Shown here one piece after another: positions 24,997 through 28,506 of a DNA stretch of 28,506 nt. This DNA is from a virus. Taxonomy: Duplodnaviria; Caudoviricetes. Positions within the stretch are counted from its first letter, which is position 1, and every line of letters starts with the position of its first letter. The notes beneath the pieces are model-generated. The model made no database searches. It was not told where the DNA came from and worked only from the letters and a program-made list of their open reading frames with translations. The stretch spans positions 1-28,506 of the IMG/VR virus record IMGVR_UViG_3300029823_000010, one strand, 5' to 3'. The position numbers were made by a program, and so were the translations under genes.

Positions 24997-25350
24997 ATGA
25001 ATTATCGAGAAAAGTACAAACGCCACTATGGCATTGTTTTTGGGCCAGAGTATGAAGTACATCACATCGATTTGAACCACAAAAATGATGATATTGAAAA
25101 TCTTTTGCTCTTACCAAAAGATTTGCACAGAGCATATCACAAAATAATAGCTGAATTATGTGGGCCAGAGGATTTAAGCCATTTTACTCTTGACTTTGCA
25201 ACATTAGACCCATATTCTGAAAACTTTGCATCAAGTGTTGGCAAATTATGCAGTATTATAGGGCAATGTCAAAGATGGATACAGTACAAAGAATCTCTCG
25301 ATAGCAGGGTTTACTATCATTATAATATCTCGGCAGGGGGCGCCACCTGA
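24997..25350 (+). CDS. HNH endonuclease
   Basis: YEVHHIDLNHKNDDIENLLLLPKDLH..YH; likely start ATG 24997 after GGGG. Confidence 0.8.
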   Translation: MNYREKYKRHYGIVFGPEYEVHHIDLNHKNDDIENLLLLPKDLHRAYHKIIAELCGPEDLSHFTLDFATLDPYSENFASSVGKLCSIIGQCQRWIQYKESLDSRVYYHYNISAGGAT

Positions 25351-26093
25351 TGATTTATAGAGTTGAAAGAAAAGAAAATCCCTTCGTCCAAGTTGATAAG
25401 GGATTTATCAATGATAAGCGATTAGGGTTTAAAGAAAAAGGAATTCTTCTTTATTTTTTGAGTAAACCGGACGGCTGGAACTTTTACGAAGAAGAAATTG
25501 CTTCAAATTCCACTGACGGACTTTCGGCAGTTAAAGCCGGAATTCACAAGCTAATGGAAACTGGATATATCGTTCGTGGAGAGCGCCAGAGAAACGGGAA
25601 AGGTCAGCTTGGTGCGTATGAATATGTTGTAAAAGAAGTTTCAGCCACATGCGAAAACCCTACGCAGGAAAACCCTACGCAGGAAAACCCTACGCAGGAA
25701 AACCCTACGCAGGAAAATCGCACCTTAGTAAAGAATGAAGATAGTAATATATATAAGAATAATATAGAGAGTAAAGATACTCTTGCGGAGAAGTCAAAAG
25801 ATTCTCCGCAGGACGAACCGGCAATCATTACTCTTTTGCTGAATGACAAATCAGAATATCCAATCACACAAAAGCAGATTGATGAATGGAAGCCGCTCTA
25901 TCCAGCAATCGATGTTATGCAGGAATTCCGTAATATGAAGGCATGGCTGATTTCTAACCCGACCAATAGAAAAACAAGACGGGGAATTATGAAATTTATC
26001 AATGGGTGGCTGTCAAGGGCACAGAACCGAGCGCCAAGGCAAAATGCGACCACTCAACCAGCAAACAACCCGTGGGAAGGTGTCCGGTCATGA
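25350..26093 (+). CDS. Phage replication initiator (N-terminal wHTH, iteron-encoded repeats)
   Basis: NPF.QV....IND.RL..KEKGILLY.LSKPD.W; (ENPTQ)4 linker; C-terminal W...YP.IDV.QE...M.AWL..NP..RKT.RG..KFI..WL; directly upstream of DnaB. Confidence 0.85.
   Translation: MIYRVERKENPFVQVDKGFINDKRLGFKEKGILLYFLSKPDGWNFYEEEIASNSTDGLSAVKAGIHKLMETGYIVRGERQRNGKGQLGAYEYVVKEVSATCENPTQENPTQENPTQENPTQENRTLVKNEDSNIYKNNIESKDTLAEKSKDSPQDEPAIITLLLNDKSEYPITQKQIDEWKPLYPAIDVMQEFRNMKAWLISNPTNRKTRRGIMKFINGWLSRAQNRAPRQNATTQPANNPWEGVRS
25653..25712 (+). repeat. Four 15-bp tandem iterons (probable replication origin)
   Basis: (GAAAACCCTACGCAG)x4 followed by an AT-rich tract at ~25740-25780. Confidence 0.8.
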
Positions 26094-27319
26094 TTCCTTC
26101 CTATGATGCAGAATCCGCAGTTATTGGAGGATTACTCCGCTGCCCGGAAGAATGCTCTTCCGCAATTGATGCTTTGAATCCGGGAGACTTTGAGAACCCG
26201 TACGCGGCAAAGGCGTTTGAAATTATCAAAGACGGCGTTAAAGCTGGAAAGACGATAGACGCTTCCATATTTGGCAGCGAAAATACGGACGCGGAGGTAA
26301 AACAGTTTGCTATAGCGGCAACGGAGACTTTTCTTACGCCCTCCAACTTTGACGGATATATTGCAACAGTTAAAGAGCTCAGCAACAGGAAAAAACTTTT
26401 TAGCCGATTGCAGGAAATATCATTTGAGGCCGATGACTGCGCCGTTACCGTTGACAAGTTGTCAAAACTTGTTGACAGTGCCCGGTCGAATATGACAGAA
26501 AAAGACGACGATAACTTTTTGATAGACTACATCACAAGCCTTGACAAACCCATTGACCCATCGAGCCGAATTCAGACAGGGTTTCCATGGTTGGACGAAA
26601 AGTTAAAAGGAATCCGAAAGGGTTCTCTCTGCTATATTGGCGCAGCCCCGAGCACTGGAAAAACGGCATTTGCAATTAACATATTAGCAAAGAACCGGAG
26701 AAATGGCAAAAAGGTTTTGATGTTCAGCCTTGAAATGTCAAAGTCGCAAATCCTCGACCGTTATTTTTCTTCCGAACTCAATATTGACTATTCCCATCTT
26801 GACACACGGAATCTTTCAGATGACGAAATACAAGAGGTAGTTGACGCGACCTCACGGATTCAGGAATGCAAGAATTTTAAAATAATAGACGATACATATT
26901 CTATTGAATCTATTTCAGCAAAGACAGCTCAATATCATCCAGACCTTTTAGTCGTGGATTACGTTCAAGTAATTCAGACTTCGCAAAGGTTTTCCAGCAG
27001 AAAAAACGAAATTGACCATATTTCATCTGAACTCAAACGCATTGCAAGAATGAATGATTGCGCTGTAATTGCGCTTTCGCAGGTTGCACGTTCAAATGAG
27101 GCTCCTTCAATGTCCAGCTTAAAAGAATCTGGCGACCTTGAAGCAAACGGAGACTACATTATTCTTATGCACCGGCCTTATGTTACAGACAAAAAGCAAA
27201 ATCCCCACCAAACATTTATTCTGCTCGACAAAAACAAATACGGAGAATGCGGAACTGTGGAATTAAGCTTTGATGGAGCACATCAACGCTTTACGGAGGT
27301 AGAAAATAGATATGGCTGA
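26090..27319 (+). CDS. dnaB: Replicative DNA helicase, DnaB family
   Basis: AESAVIGGLL, TGF..LD, AAPSTGKT, FSLEMS, VVDYVQ, ALSQ, L.ESGDLE, KNKYGECG; ATGA overlap with the initiator stop. Confidence 0.95.
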   Translation: MIPSYDAESAVIGGLLRCPEECSSAIDALNPGDFENPYAAKAFEIIKDGVKAGKTIDASIFGSENTDAEVKQFAIAATETFLTPSNFDGYIATVKELSNRKKLFSRLQEISFEADDCAVTVDKLSKLVDSARSNMTEKDDDNFLIDYITSLDKPIDPSSRIQTGFPWLDEKLKGIRKGSLCYIGAAPSTGKTAFAINILAKNRRNGKKVLMFSLEMSKSQILDRYFSSELNIDYSHLDTRNLSDDEIQEVVDATSRIQECKNFKIIDDTYSIESISAKTAQYHPDLLVVDYVQVIQTSQRFSSRKNEIDHISSELKRIARMNDCAVIALSQVARSNEAPSMSSLKESGDLEANGDYIILMHRPYVTDKKQNPHQTFILLDKNKYGECGTVELSFDGAHQRFTEVENRYG

Positions 27320-27494
27320 CAATACGCGCACCAACCGAGAGACCGCTCAAATAATTAAGAGAAATATTGAATTTCTCATTAAAGCGGTAGTATCAGATGG
27401 TAAATATGATGGAATTGAAAATCTGCTTGAAGCGAGAAAACAAGTTAGTATGTTTTTAGGTAAGCATCCCATAACGGATGACTACTTAATCTAA
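27312..27494 (+). CDS. Small hypothetical protein
   Basis: Overlaps the dnaB stop; GGAGGT upstream. Confidence 0.6.
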   Translation: MADNTRTNRETAQIIKRNIEFLIKAVVSDGKYDGIENLLEARKQVSMFLGKHPITDDYLI

Positions 27495-27505
27495 AACAAA
27501 GCATT

Positions 27506-27559
27506 AGAGCGCCATTAGAGCGCCTGACCTATTTAGAAGATAGGTTGGGCGCTTTTTTT
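27506..27559 (+). terminator. Intrinsic terminator carrying tandem heptamer site 7
   Basis: AGAGCGCC-atta-GAGCGCC; AGCGCCTGACCTAT/ATAGGTTGGGCGCT stem then T6. Confidence 0.88.
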
Positions 27560-27598
27560 GTTGCCCATTTGTTATTTAAAAGAGGTGGAAAGCTTACC

Positions 27599-27961
27599 AT
27601 GATACAAATTCTTACTATAAACGGCACACCAATTAGAACTCCGGCAGACGTAACATGGGCTCTGCAGGACATTTCCAGCTCAAATTCCGGCCGCACGCTC
27701 GACGGCGTTATGCACAAGGACCGCGTAGCGCAGAAGGTCAAACTGTCGTGCAAATGGCCTGCAATGCCATTTTCGGACGCGTCAACGCTGCTAAGAAACG
27801 TAAACTCTCGGGTGACATTTAGCCTTACATATTTTGATGTTATGCAGAACGGTATGCGCACGGCAAATTTTTATGTTGGCGACCGTTCGGCAGATTATAA
27901 GTGGGTTTTAGATGATAGCAAAGTCGTTGAGGGCGTGTCGTTTGACTTTATAGAAGTTTAA
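27599..27961 (+). CDS. Distal tail (Dit-like) protein
   Basis: LTING, QDIS...SGRT.DG.MHK.RV..K.KL...W, YVGDRS; GAGGTG SD before ATG 27599. Confidence 0.75.
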   Translation: MIQILTINGTPIRTPADVTWALQDISSSNSGRTLDGVMHKDRVAQKVKLSCKWPAMPFSDASTLLRNVNSRVTFSLTYFDVMQNGMRTANFYVGDRSADYKWVLDDSKVVEGVSFDFIEV

Positions 27962-27996
27962 TTTCTCTTAAACGCAAAAGAAACAGGTGAAAAACA

Positions 27997-28506
27997 TTGA
28001 TTCAGACAAGCACGGCGTACCAGCGGAAAATAGCCCTTGACGGGCGCAGGCAGAAAGTCAGCCTGCTTGTCACGCTGCGCAACAGCTATACTTATTCATT
28101 TTCGAATGAGGACGTCATGGAAGGCGGAATATCGCTTTCTGATGGCACAAGCGAACAGAATTCGCTTAGCATCGGTTCGTTCATAAGCAGATGCCTGACG
28201 GTCAAGCTACATAACTTTGACGGCAGGCTCGCTGAAAGCCAGTTTGAGGGCTCAACTGTTTCCCTTAAAATCGGGCTTGTTATGGAAGATGCAACAGAAG
28301 ATTCCGTGGAAAAAGTTGAATGGGTGTACCTCGGCACTTTTTACACAGGCGAGCATTCAGAGAGCGGCGGGATTATCACGCTCACGGCGTATGACAAGTC
28401 GATGAAATTTGACCGGAAATACGACAGCGCACTGCAGTATCCGGCGACACTTTACCAGATACTGTGGGACGCCTGCAAAAACTGTGACGTTGAGCTTGCA
28501 AATGTG
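27997..28506 (+). CDS. Tail tip/baseplate hub protein, N-terminal part (truncated by window)
   Basis: TTG start after AGGTG; MIQTSTAYQ...SIGS...VYLGTF...ITLTAYD.SMKFDR.Y...L.YPATL..I..DAC; open to the window end. Confidence 0.75.
   Translation, partial: MIQTSTAYQRKIALDGRRQKVSLLVTLRNSYTYSFSNEDVMEGGISLSDGTSEQNSLSIGSFISRCLTVKLHNFDGRLAESQFEGSTVSLKIGLVMEDATEDSVEKVEWVYLGTFYTGEHSESGGIITLTAYDKSMKFDRKYDSALQYPATLYQILWDACKNCDVELANV

Noticed and set aside
25653-25712. Tandem repeat as a CRISPR array
   Set aside because: 15-bp units without spacers, in frame within the initiator gene; no cas genes
25581-26035. Single GAGCGCC heptamers inside the initiator gene (25581, 26029)
   Set aside because: Not tandem, within coding sequence, no associated terminator or RBS hairpin seen
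1-28506. Stop-codon reassignment, DGR, retron or introns
   Set aside because: Core genes are intact in the standard code; no reverse transcriptase, suppressor tRNA or split core gene seen

Overview
Part of a long-tailed (siphovirus-type) Caudoviricetes phage or prophage, most likely of a Firmicutes/Clostridia host judging from sigmaA promoters, strong SD sites and gene content. From left to right the window holds: the thyX 3' end, an HNH nuclease, a ~1 kb structured non-coding block ending in tRNA-Gln, and the small terminase. Next comes a 2.6 kb oppositely transcribed island (serine recombinase plus small ORFs), then an XRE gene, a NUMOD4 remnant, the large terminase and an SPP1-type portal. 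An accessory cluster follows (Mu Com-like Zn-ribbon protein, basic peptide, 80-nt tmRNA-like RNA, tRNA-CAT, metallophosphoesterase, HNH). The head and tail genes run through the tape measure, and are followed by a lipoprotein moron, a replication module (HNH, initiator with iterons, DnaB) inside the tail block, and distal tail genes. There are two main candidates for novel biology. (1) A Com-like RNA-binding regulon: seven tandem AGAGYRCC-N2-4-GAGYGCC sites (one degenerate), all on the + strand, each built into an intrinsic terminator or an RBS-occluding hairpin in front of a morphogenesis gene. These are paired with three copies of one conserved promoter. (2) A minimal tmRNA consisting only of the tRNA-like domain (G3-U70, CCA), with no tag-coding domain. 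All calls were made by eye; no database searches were run.
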